DNA from: Sedimenticolaceae bacterium
GTDB taxonomy: Bacteria; Pseudomonadota; Gammaproteobacteria; Chromatiales; Chromatiaceae
Length of the DNA: 64,000 nucleotides
NCBI GenBank assembly: GCA_050304615.1
Contig: JBNLDW010000002.1
Span: 1,630 to 65,629 of the forward strand
Direction of reading: 5' to 3'
The translations under genes and the position numbers were made by a program. The notes under the pieces are model-generated. The model was not told the DNA's origin. It saw nothing but the letters and a program-made list of their open reading frames with translations, and searched no databases. Every line of letters begins with the position of its first letter. Position 1 is the first letter of the stretch. This document shows, one piece after another, positions 26,250-36,012 of this stretch.

Positions 26250-26296
26250 CCAATAAGAAGGGGCCGAAGCCAAGTACTATACCTGACTCCGGCCCC
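26250..26296 (-). terminator. Rho-independent terminator after the DUF1631 gene
   Basis: Minus-strand stem ggggccggag/cttcggcccc followed by ttcttatt. Confidence 0.55.
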
Positions 26297-26313
26297 GCTA
26301 TCACTCAATTAAG

Positions 26314-28605
26314 CTATGCTTCTGCGTTCTGTAGCCCATCCGCGATAGAGGTTAGGGCCCGATCAAGCAGTGGTGTTTCCGCTCCGGCCAGCAGCACCAT
26401 TTTCCCGGTACGCATGGCATCAGCCAGCTTCTCCAGACATACTTCCAGAACTTTGATGCCCTTATTATTCACAAACAGGTGGTTGCCACTCACGCCACTC
26501 TTCCAGGCAAGTTTAATCCGTCTGCTGGTATCATTCTCTCCCTTCAACTCCAACCAGCTCCCCAGTGGTATCTCTTGCGCCTTGCGCAGGTAGATACTGG
26601 TATCGGCGATAGTTCCGGTTTTAATCTGATCACCCGCAGGTTTAATCTGATCTGCTGCAGGTTTTGCCTGTTGCGACCCGCTACTTGCAGTGATACCGGC
26701 TTTACTCTCCTCTTGCTTTGACTGCGTGGCAGCCAGTGTTTTCGGGTCGATCCCCGGTATGCTCTCACCACGTAGGCAGGCCATATGACAGGCCTGCAGC
26801 TCTTTAAACAGGCGTATCATTTTATGCTGGTCAAAGCTGATATTTGTAAGCTCTACGCGCAGCCCCTTGAGCAGTCCCGGTATAATCTGCAACAACTCCC
26901 TCCGCTCATCCAGACTCTTTTTAGGGGTGACACTCCACAGCAGCTGATCCAACATGGTTATTCTTTCTGTCCATTCCTCGCCCTCAACCCCTTGGCGCAA
27001 GGCGGTTAGCATTAGCACATCCTTCCATCCATGCTCTAGTAACTCAACTGCCGCCTTAGGAATGCCATCATACTGCTCAAACCGTTTTGCTATCTCATCG
27101 CCTACCTGCCGTTTGGCAAGTGCCAGCTGCTCTTTACCACGAGTGGCCTGGGTAGCACGCTCTTCAGCCAGGCTGGAGGTACGCTGCTCCGCTTCAAGAT
27201 ATTCCGCAAATTCTTCATTCAGCTCAGTGAACAGCTCGACGTCTTGATCAAACTCTAATAACACCCGGCTGACGATGGCATCAATCATACCGTACAGGCT
27301 CCCAGCCGACCGGTCACCATCATCTGACCAACCCAATGCGGCCTGGGCCAAGCTATTCAGCAGATGCCGTGCCGGATGGCCCTGGCGATAGAAAAACTCC
27401 TTATCAAGCAGTGCAACCTTTACCATTGGAATCTGCAATCTGGCTAGCAGCACCTTCATGGTATCCGGCAGGTTACGATCTTCCAGAATGAATTCGAACA
27501 ACATCGATATCACATCGATCATGTTCTCATCCGACCTCTCCTTGGAGGCAAAAGAGCCAACCGACTGATCAATATTCAGCTCTTGCTGCAGTAGTCCCCG
27601 CAGGTCCTGTACCCCTAACCCAGCCTCGGAGGAGAGATGATCTCCCTGCTGCAGGTTAGAGAGGGCTGCAACTATCTGCCCTGTATCCACAACTACGGCC
27701 TGATTCCCTGGGGAGACATAACTTCGACGCTGATTCAACAACCCCTGCAGGTTGGCAAAAAACTCCCGGTCTACCGCAACCGAATCGCCTGTCGCCAGTA
27801 CATCGTCACTATAATCAGCCTGTGTCGACGCCTGCGCCTGACCGCCTACCGCCGCACCAGAAGAACCACCAACGACAGGAGCGCCAGCATTAGGTTTGAC
27901 TTTAGGCGTCAATTTGGGCAAAACCCCAGCCTGTGCCAATACGTCATTGACACTGTTATAGAGCTTACCCAATCCAGCCATCACCTCTCTATCAAATAGC
28001 TTGTAGACCACCAGTTTTGCCGATAGCTCAAGCTCTAAAGGCTCCAGCGCTCGCTGGAATGACTCACATATCCTGACTGGATCCAGAGGATTATTTTTGC
28101 TATCGACCACCAGGCCGCGAGCCAATGCGCCGAATCTCTGCTCAATAGCGTAGAGTTCACGAGAATAGCGGTTCTCACTCTTGGCGGTCATGCTGGTTAT
28201 GGCCAGGGTATCTTCCAGTTCATCATCGGCAACCAGCAGAAGCTCCTCGCCCTCCTTGTGACCACCCTCAGCGGTTTCAGCATCTGGCTTGCCTGTCTTC
28301 CAGAACCGATCAAAGCCATGCAAAATCCGCCGTTGAAATCCCTCCTGCAGGTTCTCTTGCTCCCTGCGCAACTCACGCATTGCGTGGAAACAGGCTATCT
28401 GCAGATTGCCACTGTCCTTCTTGTTAGAGAGGTCAAACAGGACATCATCCAGCTTCTCAAACATCCCGCCCAGTAGACGCGGCAGGATCCAGGCCGTTAC
28501 CTTGCGGCAACTTTTTACTCCCTCATACTCTTCCTGTTTGAGATTGATATTACTGGCAAACCGCTGGTCGCCATCGAAGGGTAAAATATTGTCACGTTGT
28601 ACCAT
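26314..28605 (-). CDS. DUF1631 family protein
   Basis: 763 aa. The N-terminal ...FEKLDDVLFDLSNK...FHAMRELRREQE..GF pattern is typical of DUF1631. It sits between nadC and ampD, as I recall for pseudomonads. Confidence 0.7.
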   Translation of the reverse strand: MVQRDNILPFDGDQRFASNINLKQEEYEGVKSCRKVTAWILPRLLGGMFEKLDDVLFDLSNKKDSGNLQIACFHAMRELRREQENLQEGFQRRILHGFDRFWKTGKPDAETAEGGHKEGEELLLVADDELEDTLAITSMTAKSENRYSRELYAIEQRFGALARGLVVDSKNNPLDPVRICESFQRALEPLELELSAKLVVYKLFDREVMAGLGKLYNSVNDVLAQAGVLPKLTPKVKPNAGAPVVGGSSGAAVGGQAQASTQADYSDDVLATGDSVAVDREFFANLQGLLNQRRSYVSPGNQAVVVDTGQIVAALSNLQQGDHLSSEAGLGVQDLRGLLQQELNIDQSVGSFASKERSDENMIDVISMLFEFILEDRNLPDTMKVLLARLQIPMVKVALLDKEFFYRQGHPARHLLNSLAQAALGWSDDGDRSAGSLYGMIDAIVSRVLLEFDQDVELFTELNEEFAEYLEAEQRTSSLAEERATQATRGKEQLALAKRQVGDEIAKRFEQYDGIPKAAVELLEHGWKDVLMLTALRQGVEGEEWTERITMLDQLLWSVTPKKSLDERRELLQIIPGLLKGLRVELTNISFDQHKMIRLFKELQACHMACLRGESIPGIDPKTLAATQSKQEESKAGITASSGSQQAKPAADQIKPAGDQIKTGTIADTSIYLRKAQEIPLGSWLELKGENDTSRRIKLAWKSGVSGNHLFVNNKGIKVLEVCLEKLADAMRTGKMVLLAGAETPLLDRALTSIADGLQNAEA

Positions 28606-28917
28606 AACGCACCTATATGGGATTGCACCCCAAACTGCGTCCTTTTAGCTTGGAGAATGCTGGATATCGGTGTAGATCTTCCTGTATGGACTATATACGC
28701 TACACGGAGAATAGCTCGTGAAGTCAATCACACCACCTTATATTTATCTACCGCAAGCGCCTTTCAATAGTTAAAACCGTGACCCCCATCTCAGGGAATC
28801 TACTTCATATCGCAAATTCTCCGGCCAATACCATACCAAGGTCAATATTTTGTCCAACCTGCGAAAATCTCACATTTATACTGAATCTCGCAATCTGTTC
28901 ATGCTATGTTTTGAGTC

Positions 28918-29652
28918 GTGATAAAACTAGTTACGCATATGGGGCATTCGCTGCTGAAAAGCGCACGGGATCTACTCCCTATCATTGGAGTGATCGGCTT
29001 TTTTCAACTATTCGTGCTACAACAGCCAATACCTGATCTACTCAACCTGGCCACGGGTATCATGCTGGTAGTTATCGGCCTGACCCTCTTTATCTACGGC
29101 CTGAAGACCGGCCTCTTTCCTATTGGCGAATCAATGGCCTACGACTTTGCCAGTAAAGGGAGCCTGTCTTGGCTTTTAACCTTTGCCTTTGCCCTTGGAT
29201 TTGGCACCACCATTGCTGAACCGGCCCTGATCGCAGTGGCTGAAGAGGCGGCCACGATAGCTGCGGCTGGAGGTATGATCTTAGATTCGAAACAGGCTAT
29301 GACCGACTACGCCTCAGGCCTGCGTTTTACCGTGGCGCTATCGGTAGGACTGGCCATCATGATTGGTGTAGTGCGAATAATTAAGGGGTGGCCGATACAG
29401 TATCTGATTATCGGCGGATATATAGGCGTTGTCATAATGACCGCCTTCGCCCCACCCGAAATCATCGGCATCGCCTATGATTCCGGCGGTGTAACAACCT
29501 CAACCATCACCGTCCCCCTGGTTACCGCCCTCGGCGTTGGGCTAGCCACCAGTATCAAGGGCCTGAACCCGATGACCGATGGATTCGGACTTATTGCCTT
29601 TGCCTCACTGACCCCGATGATCTTTGTCATGGGCTATGGGATGCTGCTGTGA
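28918..29652 (+). CDS. DUF1538 family membrane protein (copy 1)
   Basis: Multi-TM protein with [12 protein letters not shown] and [17 protein letters not shown] motifs shared with the next gene. GTG start, or the ATG at 28939. Confidence 0.7.
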   Translation: MIKLVTHMGHSLLKSARDLLPIIGVIGFFQLFVLQQPIPDLLNLATGIMLVVIGLTLFIYGLKTGLFPIGESMAYDFASKGSLSWLLTFAFALGFGTTIAEPALIAVAEEAATIAAAGGMILDSKQAMTDYASGLRFTVALSVGLAIMIGVVRIIKGWPIQYLIIGGYIGVVIMTAFAPPEIIGIAYDSGGVTTSTITVPLVTALGVGLATSIKGLNPMTDGFGLIAFASLTPMIFVMGYGMLL

Positions 29653-30434
29653 TATCCGGCATGCTCAACTTCCTCGATACCCTACTCAGCACCATGCGGG
29701 ATGTAATCCCGATTACCGCCATCATATTTGGCTTCCAGTTCTTTGTACTCCGCCGCCGGGTCGCCAATCTGCGCCAAATCGTAACCGGCTTTCTGCTGGT
29801 GCTACTGGGGATGGCCTTTTTCCTGCAGGGTCTGGAGCAGGCACTCTTTCCACTCGGCAGACTAATGGCCAGCCAGTTGACTGCGCCAGAGTTCCTTGGA
29901 GTACAGACTGGTTCAGATGTGCATCACTATCTCTGGCTCTACCTGTTTGCTGCTACTATCGGCTTTGCCACGACTATTGCTGAACCGGCCCTTATTGCAG
30001 TGGCAATCAAGGCCAACCAGGTGTCCGCCGGTGCTGTTGGCACCTGGGGCCTGCGCATTGCGGTAGCCTTAGGTGTGGCGTTTGGGGTCGCCCTTGGTTG
30101 TTATCGAATCATCAGCGGCACCCCGCTCCACTACTACATTATTGCCGGTTATATCATGGTTATAATCCAGACCATGTACTGCCCTAAAACCATTATCGCC
30201 CTGGCCTACGACTCTGGTGGTGTTACCACCTCTACAGTAACAGTCCCGCTGATAGCCGCACTTGGACTAGGACTCGCATCTAGTATTCCTGGACGTAATC
30301 CACTACTGGATGGGTTTGGCCTCATCGCCTTTGCCAGTCTGTTTCCAATTATCAGCGTTATGACCTATGCCCAACTCAGTGAGTGGCATGCCAACAGATC
30401 ACCCAAGGTTTCTCTAAATAACAGTGAGGATTAA
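29649..30434 (+). CDS. DUF1538 family membrane protein (copy 2)
   Basis: Paralogue of the preceding gene ([29 protein letters not shown]). 4-nt overlap. Confidence 0.7.
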   Translation: MISGMLNFLDTLLSTMRDVIPITAIIFGFQFFVLRRRVANLRQIVTGFLLVLLGMAFFLQGLEQALFPLGRLMASQLTAPEFLGVQTGSDVHHYLWLYLFAATIGFATTIAEPALIAVAIKANQVSAGAVGTWGLRIAVALGVAFGVALGCYRIISGTPLHYYIIAGYIMVIIQTMYCPKTIIALAYDSGGVTTSTVTVPLIAALGLGLASSIPGRNPLLDGFGLIAFASLFPIISVMTYAQLSEWHANRSPKVSLNNSED

Positions 30435-30436
30435 CC

Positions 30437-30787
30437 ATGCACTTTAAACTCATTATTACCCTAGTAGAGGACAAGAAAACCAACCTTGTTCTGGAGGCCG
30501 CTCGGGAGGCCGGTGCAACCGGCTCCACCGTCATAAATCAGGCACGTGGAGAGGGGTTGGAGCAGCATAAAACATTCTTTGGTCTCAGCCTTGAGACCCA
30601 AAGAGACGCGGTCCTACTCCTGGTGGAAGAGCACCTGAGCCGCCATATCCTGGAGACCATTGCAGAGGTAGGGAGGTTTGATGAACAGCCCGACAGCGGT
30701 ATCGCCTTCCAGATAGATGTAGAGGACGCGGTCGGCATCAATCAGCAGATAGCACAGTTAACCCGTAAGGTGGAGGAAGAGATATGA
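30437..30787 (+). CDS. P-II-like signal transduction protein
   Basis: 116 aa. The beta-alpha-beta pattern K.I....V.....L.AAREAGATG.TV...RGEG is reminiscent of the GlnB/PII superfamily. Confidence 0.6.
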   Translation: MHFKLIITLVEDKKTNLVLEAAREAGATGSTVINQARGEGLEQHKTFFGLSLETQRDAVLLLVEEHLSRHILETIAEVGRFDEQPDSGIAFQIDVEDAVGINQQIAQLTRKVEEEI

Positions 30788-31185
30788 AAACCAAAAGCCC
30801 AACCCGTGTACGCGATGTCATGAAAACAGATTTTGACATGGTGGATGGCATGGCGACGGTGCAAGCAGCACTCGACACCATGATGCACATAGAGACCAAG
30901 TCACTGATAGTGAAGCGCCGTCACGATGACGACGAATACGGTATGGTAATGCTGTCAGACATCGCCAAACAGGTGCTGGCAGTAGACCGGGCACCAGATA
31001 GAGTCAACATCTACGAGATCATGTCCAAGCCGGTGATCACGATACACCCGGAGATGGACATCCGTTACTGCGCCCGTCTCTTTGCCCGCTTTGATCTATC
31101 ACGCGCACCGGTGGTTGAAAACCGCGAAGTGATCGGCATCATCAGCTTCACCGACATGGTAGCGAAGGGACTAAGGCAAAAATGA
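30784..31185 (+). CDS. CBS-domain pair protein
   Basis: 133 aa with two CBS motifs (VRDVM......V, ...IYEIMSKPVITI). 4-nt overlaps on both sides. Confidence 0.7.
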   Translation: MKTKSPTRVRDVMKTDFDMVDGMATVQAALDTMMHIETKSLIVKRRHDDDEYGMVMLSDIAKQVLAVDRAPDRVNIYEIMSKPVITIHPEMDIRYCARLFARFDLSRAPVVENREVIGIISFTDMVAKGLRQK

Positions 31186-31727
31186 GTTGCGACATGGATA
31201 TACTGCTCCCGGAGGCATCCCAGCATCACTCGCCGAACCAGGATGAGCGGCCACTCGGAGTGTCCATCAATCTGCTGGTGATCCACAACATCAGTCTGCC
31301 GCCGGGTGAATTTGGCGGCCCCTGGCTAGATGATCTTTTCTGCAATCGGTTAGATCCGGAGGCCCACCCCTACTTCCGCGAGATAGCTGGCATGGAGGTA
31401 TCCCCTCATCTGCTGATCCGGCGTGGTGGCGAATTGATTCAGTACGTACCCCTGCAACAGCGCGCCTGGCATGCCGGCACGTCCACATTCCAAGGGTGTG
31501 AACAGTGTAATGACTTCTCTATCGGGATTGAGCTGGAGGGCACTGACGACAGCCCCTACACCGAACAGCAATACCAGACCCTGGCTACTGCCACTCGCCA
31601 GATCATGGCCCAGTTCCCCGCGATAACAACCGACCGTATCAAGGGACACAGCGACATTGCGCCGCAACGCAAGAGCGATCCGGGACCGGCCTTTGACTGG
31701 GGGCATTTTCTTGAGTTATTGGGATAA
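31182..31727 (+). CDS. ampD: 1,6-anhydro-N-acetylmuramyl-L-alanine amidase
   Basis: LVIH.ISLPPGEFGG, AWHAG.S.F.G...CNDFSIGIELEG.D, GHSDIAP.RK.DPGP.FDW. Confidence 0.9.
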   Translation: MSCDMDILLPEASQHHSPNQDERPLGVSINLLVIHNISLPPGEFGGPWLDDLFCNRLDPEAHPYFREIAGMEVSPHLLIRRGGELIQYVPLQQRAWHAGTSTFQGCEQCNDFSIGIELEGTDDSPYTEQQYQTLATATRQIMAQFPAITTDRIKGHSDIAPQRKSDPGPAFDWGHFLELLG

Positions 31728-32265
31728 AGAGTTTCGTAGCCCTTAGCCCTTATCGCCCGCAGAGCGTTTTCCATTCTCAACCGTATCAGTAATTAATTTC
31801 ACAGCCTTATTAGTTTGAACACTTTTTTACCTCTGCGCATTGGCTGCGAGTCCCTTTTCTGCTCGCCTGTTTGGTAATTAGTTTCGTGGCCTGTTTGATT
31901 TCGGTAGCTAATTTCGTAGCCCTTAACCTGCTAAGGATTATTCTTGTTCCGAGCATCGCAGTTGTAAGTGGGGATAGCCCTTTAGGGGAGCGACAGTGAC
32001 TCGCAGCCGAGCATCGGTGCACATTAAGACAACAAAATGTTGAGGCCGCGAAACTGATTACCGATGTGGTTAAAGTACAAAAGAGCCAATATCCAACTAT
32101 GTAACAAACTGTATCAAACAACCCATGCTGACAACATATGTTACAAATCTGATCCATCCTGACACACCCAAGACACATTTGAAGCGTTAAATAAACCGGT
32201 CGGAAAAACAGCCGCGTCTCAGCTTATGGGACATGAAATAGATAAGTTCATAAGGGGAATTAATC

Positions 32266-32781
32266 GTGAAAATTAAACGTGAATGGGCTACTCCAATAAC
32301 TGCAGGTGCCTTTCTTCTTACAGCCGTTACAGGCGCGCTCATGTTCTTTCATCTGGATATGGGGATCAACAAGGTCGCTCACGAATGGTTAAGTTGGGTC
32401 CTACTGATTGGTGTTGCTTTGCATCTGGTACCCAACTTCAACAAACTCAAGCAATATCTATCAATGCGTAATGGACAATTAATGATAGGCGGGTTTGCGC
32501 TGTTGTTGATATTGAGCTTTGCTCCCATTGGAGGAGATAAAGGCGAGCAACCATTTGTGCAGCCGCTAAACGCCCTCTCCAATGCCCCATTGACTACCTT
32601 GGCGCTGGTCGCAGAAACCACTCCAGAGGAATTGCTTGAGCGTCTGTCCAATTCTGGCATCCCTGTTGAGTCAAAACAGCAGAGCGTAAGTGAACTGGCG
32701 GGCAGCGACTTTCGTAAACGGGTTCGTATTTTAAGCATTCTACTTACACAAGAGAGGAAAATAGCCCCAGTTCTTTTCTAA
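32266..32781 (+). CDS. DUF4405-like membrane protein
   Basis: 171 aa. The N-terminal TM pattern ...LLTAVTGALMFFHL......HEWLSWVLLIGVALHL resembles DUF4405. GTG start with aagggga upstream. Confidence 0.5.
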   Translation: MKIKREWATPITAGAFLLTAVTGALMFFHLDMGINKVAHEWLSWVLLIGVALHLVPNFNKLKQYLSMRNGQLMIGGFALLLILSFAPIGGDKGEQPFVQPLNALSNAPLTTLALVAETTPEELLERLSNSGIPVESKQQSVSELAGSDFRKRVRILSILLTQERKIAPVLF

Positions 32782-32866
32782 GGTCCCCAGCGGCGGCGGC
32801 AAGGGCAACCATAGGAAATCACCCCTTGCCGCCAATCTGAGCTGATCCGAATTCAAGTTGGATTAG

Positions 32867-32882
32867 TGTAACTATTGTTACA
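32867..32882. promoter_or_regulatory. Perfect palindrome TGTAA-N6-TTACA (CRP/FNR-family geometry)
   Basis: tgtaactattgttaca is centred ~70 nt upstream of the ATG at 32945. Confidence 0.4.
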
Positions 32883-32944
32883 GAACTCCCCCGTCTCAAT
32901 TTGTAACCTTGCATCGTGAATCCACTATTACTAAGGAGATTACG

Positions 32945-33250
32945 ATGCAAGCGATGAAGTTTTTTATTGATACCCATGATGTTTCCAACGAGAGTTTTCC
33001 TGCCGGCTTAACCCCTGAGCAGTTCGAGGGCTTTTTCGCTAAGTTTGAACAGGCCTGCTATGCGGAAAATGTGGTGCTGCTACGGGTCCATGTCGGTTAC
33101 GAAGAAGGGCGCGCCTTCTGTTTTACCATGGCACCTGATGCCGATGCGGTGAAACGTGCGCATGTAAATGTAGGACTGCCTTTCGACAGCATTACAGAAG
33201 TTACTACCGCAACGCCTGGCGATACATTTTTCCGGCGCGCTGACGCCTAA
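32945..33250 (+). CDS. DUF4242 (SCO4226-like) small protein
   Basis: MKFFIDTHDV...GLT.EQ......K........V.....V....G.AFC...AP...AV..AH...GL....I.EV pattern. aaggag RBS at 32933. Confidence 0.55.
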   Translation: MQAMKFFIDTHDVSNESFPAGLTPEQFEGFFAKFEQACYAENVVLLRVHVGYEEGRAFCFTMAPDADAVKRAHVNVGLPFDSITEVTTATPGDTFFRRADA

Positions 33251-33260
33251 GTTTCACCGC

Positions 33261-33297
33261 CGCCGCGGTGTCGGCACGCACCGCGGCGCAATCTTTT
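33261..33297 (+). terminator. GC-rich hairpin plus T run between DUF4242 and the peroxidase gene (terminator or attenuator)
   Basis: 10-bp perfect stem cgccgcggtg/caccgcggcg, 8-nt loop, then caatctttt. Confidence 0.5.
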
Positions 33298-33307
33298 GGA
33301 GTAGCCT

Positions 33308-34660
33308 ATGAATCTCGGCATATTCGATATCATTGTTATTGGCTTGATCGCATTGATGATTGGATCACTCGTTATGGTATCAATAGTCTACATGGAGTTG
33401 GGGCCAGCTCAGCAGCTGGCTAAACAGCAACGAAAGCTGTTGGCTGTTGCCTTGTGCTCAGGCATCCTGGCCTTTGCCATCAAGATTGTAATCATCATTA
33501 CAATCGCCAATTTCCCCCAGTACGTCATTAATCCATTCTTGAAGACTCCAGAGATTCCTGAGTACTTGCATGTCAAAGCTAAGCCCGGCCCAGCGCGTTA
33601 TGTTTGGATAGAGTTGCCAGAGCAAAATAATACAGCTACGCCTGAACCGATTGTGTCGCGTGCGCGCTATATCTGGCAGGCGCTGCCAGAACAGGCGCCC
33701 TCCCCCGCAAATAATAGGTCTACACCACAGAAGGTTGCGCTTGGCGAGCAGCTGTTTTTTGATCAGAGATTATCACGCGATGGCACCCTCTCCTGTTCTT
33801 CCTGTCATGACCTGTATGCAAAAGCTGGCGGTGATGGCCGCTCTACCGCACAGGGGATTGACCAACAGATAGGTGGCCGCAATGTGCCTACAGTTTGGAA
33901 TACCGGTTTTCAGACCGAGTTCTTCTGGGATGGACGAGCACCTTCGCTGGAAGAACAGGCCAAGGGCCCGTTGATGAACCCAATTGAGATGGGTATGCCA
34001 TCACCGGAAGAGGTAGAAAACAGGGTAGTACAGCAAGAGCGTTACCAGCAAGCCTTCGCAGAAGCCTTCGGTGCAGAAACCCCAATCACCATTGACCGTA
34101 TCGCAGAGGCAATCGCGGCCTACGAACGCACCCTGATCACACCAGATACCCCCTATGATCGTTTTGTGCGCGGTGATACCGATGCCCTCACTCCGGCCCA
34201 GGTCCGTGGCATGAATCTATTTCAATCGTTTGGCTGTGTCACCTGCCATCATGGTCCGAACTTTAGTGCGGCCAGTGTCTTCGATAGCAGTATGCCGCGG
34301 CGTATCTTTCCATCCAACCCGATACCTCAAGAGCAGCAATACAATTTACTGCTCGAGCACAATGCCAGCACTAGCTCAAACCGTGGCGTGTGGCGTGTGC
34401 CTTCTTTGCGCAACGTGGCGCTCACTGGTCCCTGGCTACATAACGGTGCTGTAGAAAAGCTGGATGAGGTGGTGCGTATCATGGCCGCTGGGCAACTGGG
34501 ACGTGCCGGACACTATCTATTGTGGTCTGATAAAGATGACGTACTGAGCGAACATAATCAACCCAAACCCAGTGACCAGCAGGTGGCGGATATAGTTGCC
34601 TTTCTAAACGCCTTAAGCAGTGACAGGCTAGTAGCAAAAAAATCTGTCAACCAGCATTAA
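33308..34660 (+). CDS. Di-haem cytochrome c peroxidase/MauG family protein with N-terminal membrane anchor
   Basis: Two haem motifs, CSSCH and CVTCH, in a CCP-like context (VPTVWN..F....FWDGRA.SLEEQA.GP..NP.EM). About 90-aa N-terminal extension with 2 TM segments. Confidence 0.85.
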   Translation: MNLGIFDIIVIGLIALMIGSLVMVSIVYMELGPAQQLAKQQRKLLAVALCSGILAFAIKIVIIITIANFPQYVINPFLKTPEIPEYLHVKAKPGPARYVWIELPEQNNTATPEPIVSRARYIWQALPEQAPSPANNRSTPQKVALGEQLFFDQRLSRDGTLSCSSCHDLYAKAGGDGRSTAQGIDQQIGGRNVPTVWNTGFQTEFFWDGRAPSLEEQAKGPLMNPIEMGMPSPEEVENRVVQQERYQQAFAEAFGAETPITIDRIAEAIAAYERTLITPDTPYDRFVRGDTDALTPAQVRGMNLFQSFGCVTCHHGPNFSAASVFDSSMPRRIFPSNPIPQEQQYNLLLEHNASTSSNRGVWRVPSLRNVALTGPWLHNGAVEKLDEVVRIMAAGQLGRAGHYLLWSDKDDVLSEHNQPKPSDQQVADIVAFLNALSSDRLVAKKSVNQH

Positions 34661-34740
34661 AGCCCTGGCTAGGGCTAATGCTTTGCCCAGGGGTAGAGAT
34701 ATGTGATACTTGCCTAATATCGGTCAGTGGTATTAGGCAA

Positions 34741-35427
34741 ATGGCGTCTACTGAGTCAAGCAGCTTTCAAGCGGTAACTGATTTCCTGCACCTCTCGCCT
34801 GAGGGGGTGCAACTACTTGAACGCAAGGTACAGCGCGCCGCATTCACGCAACCGACTGCGGTGATCCACAAGGGACAACCTGTGTCCGGCGCCTACCTTG
34901 TGTTGCGTGGACAGTTGCGTGTCTTCACCTACACCCCACAGGGCACCGAGGCTACTCTCTATTTCATTCGCCCAGGCGAGACCTGCGTTCTGGCGCTCAA
35001 TTGCCTGTTCAACGACCTACGCTATCCGGCCTGGGTGGAGGCATCTGGCGACACCGATGTAGTAGTGATCCCCGGTTCGCTTTACCGTCGCCTGTTCGAG
35101 CGAGAGAATGCAGTACAGGACCTGACCGTCTCTGCCCTCTCCACCCTTGTGTTCCGCCTGATGGATGAACTGGAGCAGATTCACTCCTGCAATCTGGATC
35201 AACGCCTAGCTAATTTTCTTCTCAATAATGCATCAGACGATGGCGTGGTGGCGATGACACAACAAACACTCGCAGGGCATCTTGGCACCACACGAGAGGT
35301 TATCGCCAGACTGATGCAAGGTTTCAGCGCGCAGGGCATGGTCTCGACCGGGAGGGGAACCATCTCAATATTGGATGCAGGGCAGTTGTCGACCATAGCT
35401 GCGCCACAGAGTTCAGACCTATTCTGA
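34741..35427 (+). CDS. Crp/Fnr family transcriptional regulator
   Basis: cNMP-binding-like beta-roll plus a C-terminal HTH (Q.LAGHLGTTREVIARLMQGF). Start trimmed to the ATG at 34741. Confidence 0.8.
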   Translation: MASTESSSFQAVTDFLHLSPEGVQLLERKVQRAAFTQPTAVIHKGQPVSGAYLVLRGQLRVFTYTPQGTEATLYFIRPGETCVLALNCLFNDLRYPAWVEASGDTDVVVIPGSLYRRLFERENAVQDLTVSALSTLVFRLMDELEQIHSCNLDQRLANFLLNNASDDGVVAMTQQTLAGHLGTTREVIARLMQGFSAQGMVSTGRGTISILDAGQLSTIAAPQSSDLF

Positions 35428-35473
35428 GTTGTAATATTATAGGGCAAGTGGCCTGGGCCCTATTACCCTACAG

Positions 35474-35977
35474 CTATAGCTGCCCATGGGGTCTTACGAA
35501 GGTGGTTATTCTAGCCTTCTGCAACAACCAGTTGCCTGAAATATAGCGTAGCTCCATAGAGAGGGTGTATAAATCAGCACTCTTATCTACCGTTGCCAGC
35601 CAAGTGGTTGGATCTTCATACAGCAACTCTAATTCTGGAAGGGACTGCTCCTTCTGCGCAATAAGAAAATTCATCTTTACGCTGGCGCTCTGCTCATCTT
35701 CTGATAGCTTGACCGAGGGCTGCGGGTAGAGAATGCGGAAACTCCCGTACCTTTTGAGCATGACGAATAGTATTCGCCTCGCCTCCTTCCTCGGATGCCC
35801 TCCGGGATCGGCGGTAAAATCAGCCATAGTCAAATCCATCATCCCACCAATGTCATGCGCCTCGGCTAACCGCGCACCTTCCTGGATAAGCTGGTACACC
35901 GCCTCCTCCCTCTCTGTTTTAGAACAAGAAGAAAGGGTTATTAGACTAGAAATCAAACAGATACTGAGTAGGCGCAA
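35474..35977 (-). CDS. Hypothetical lipoprotein
   Basis: Lipobox ITLSSC at residues 13-18. 167 aa. Confidence 0.5.
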   Translation of the reverse strand: MRLLSICLISSLITLSSCSKTEREEAVYQLIQEGARLAEAHDIGGMMDLTMADFTADPGGHPRKEARRILFVMLKRYGSFRILYPQPSVKLSEDEQSASVKMNFLIAQKEQSLPELELLYEDPTTWLATVDKSADLYTLSMELRYISGNWLLQKARITTFVRPHGQL

Positions 35978-36012
35978 GAATCACCTCCAAACAATAGTGG
36001 GCAGATCTCACC

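Noticed and set aside
31810-32178. 122-aa Cys-rich minus-strand ORF
   Set aside because: It runs through the iterated-motif and inverted-repeat region. It has no RBS and no recognisable family.
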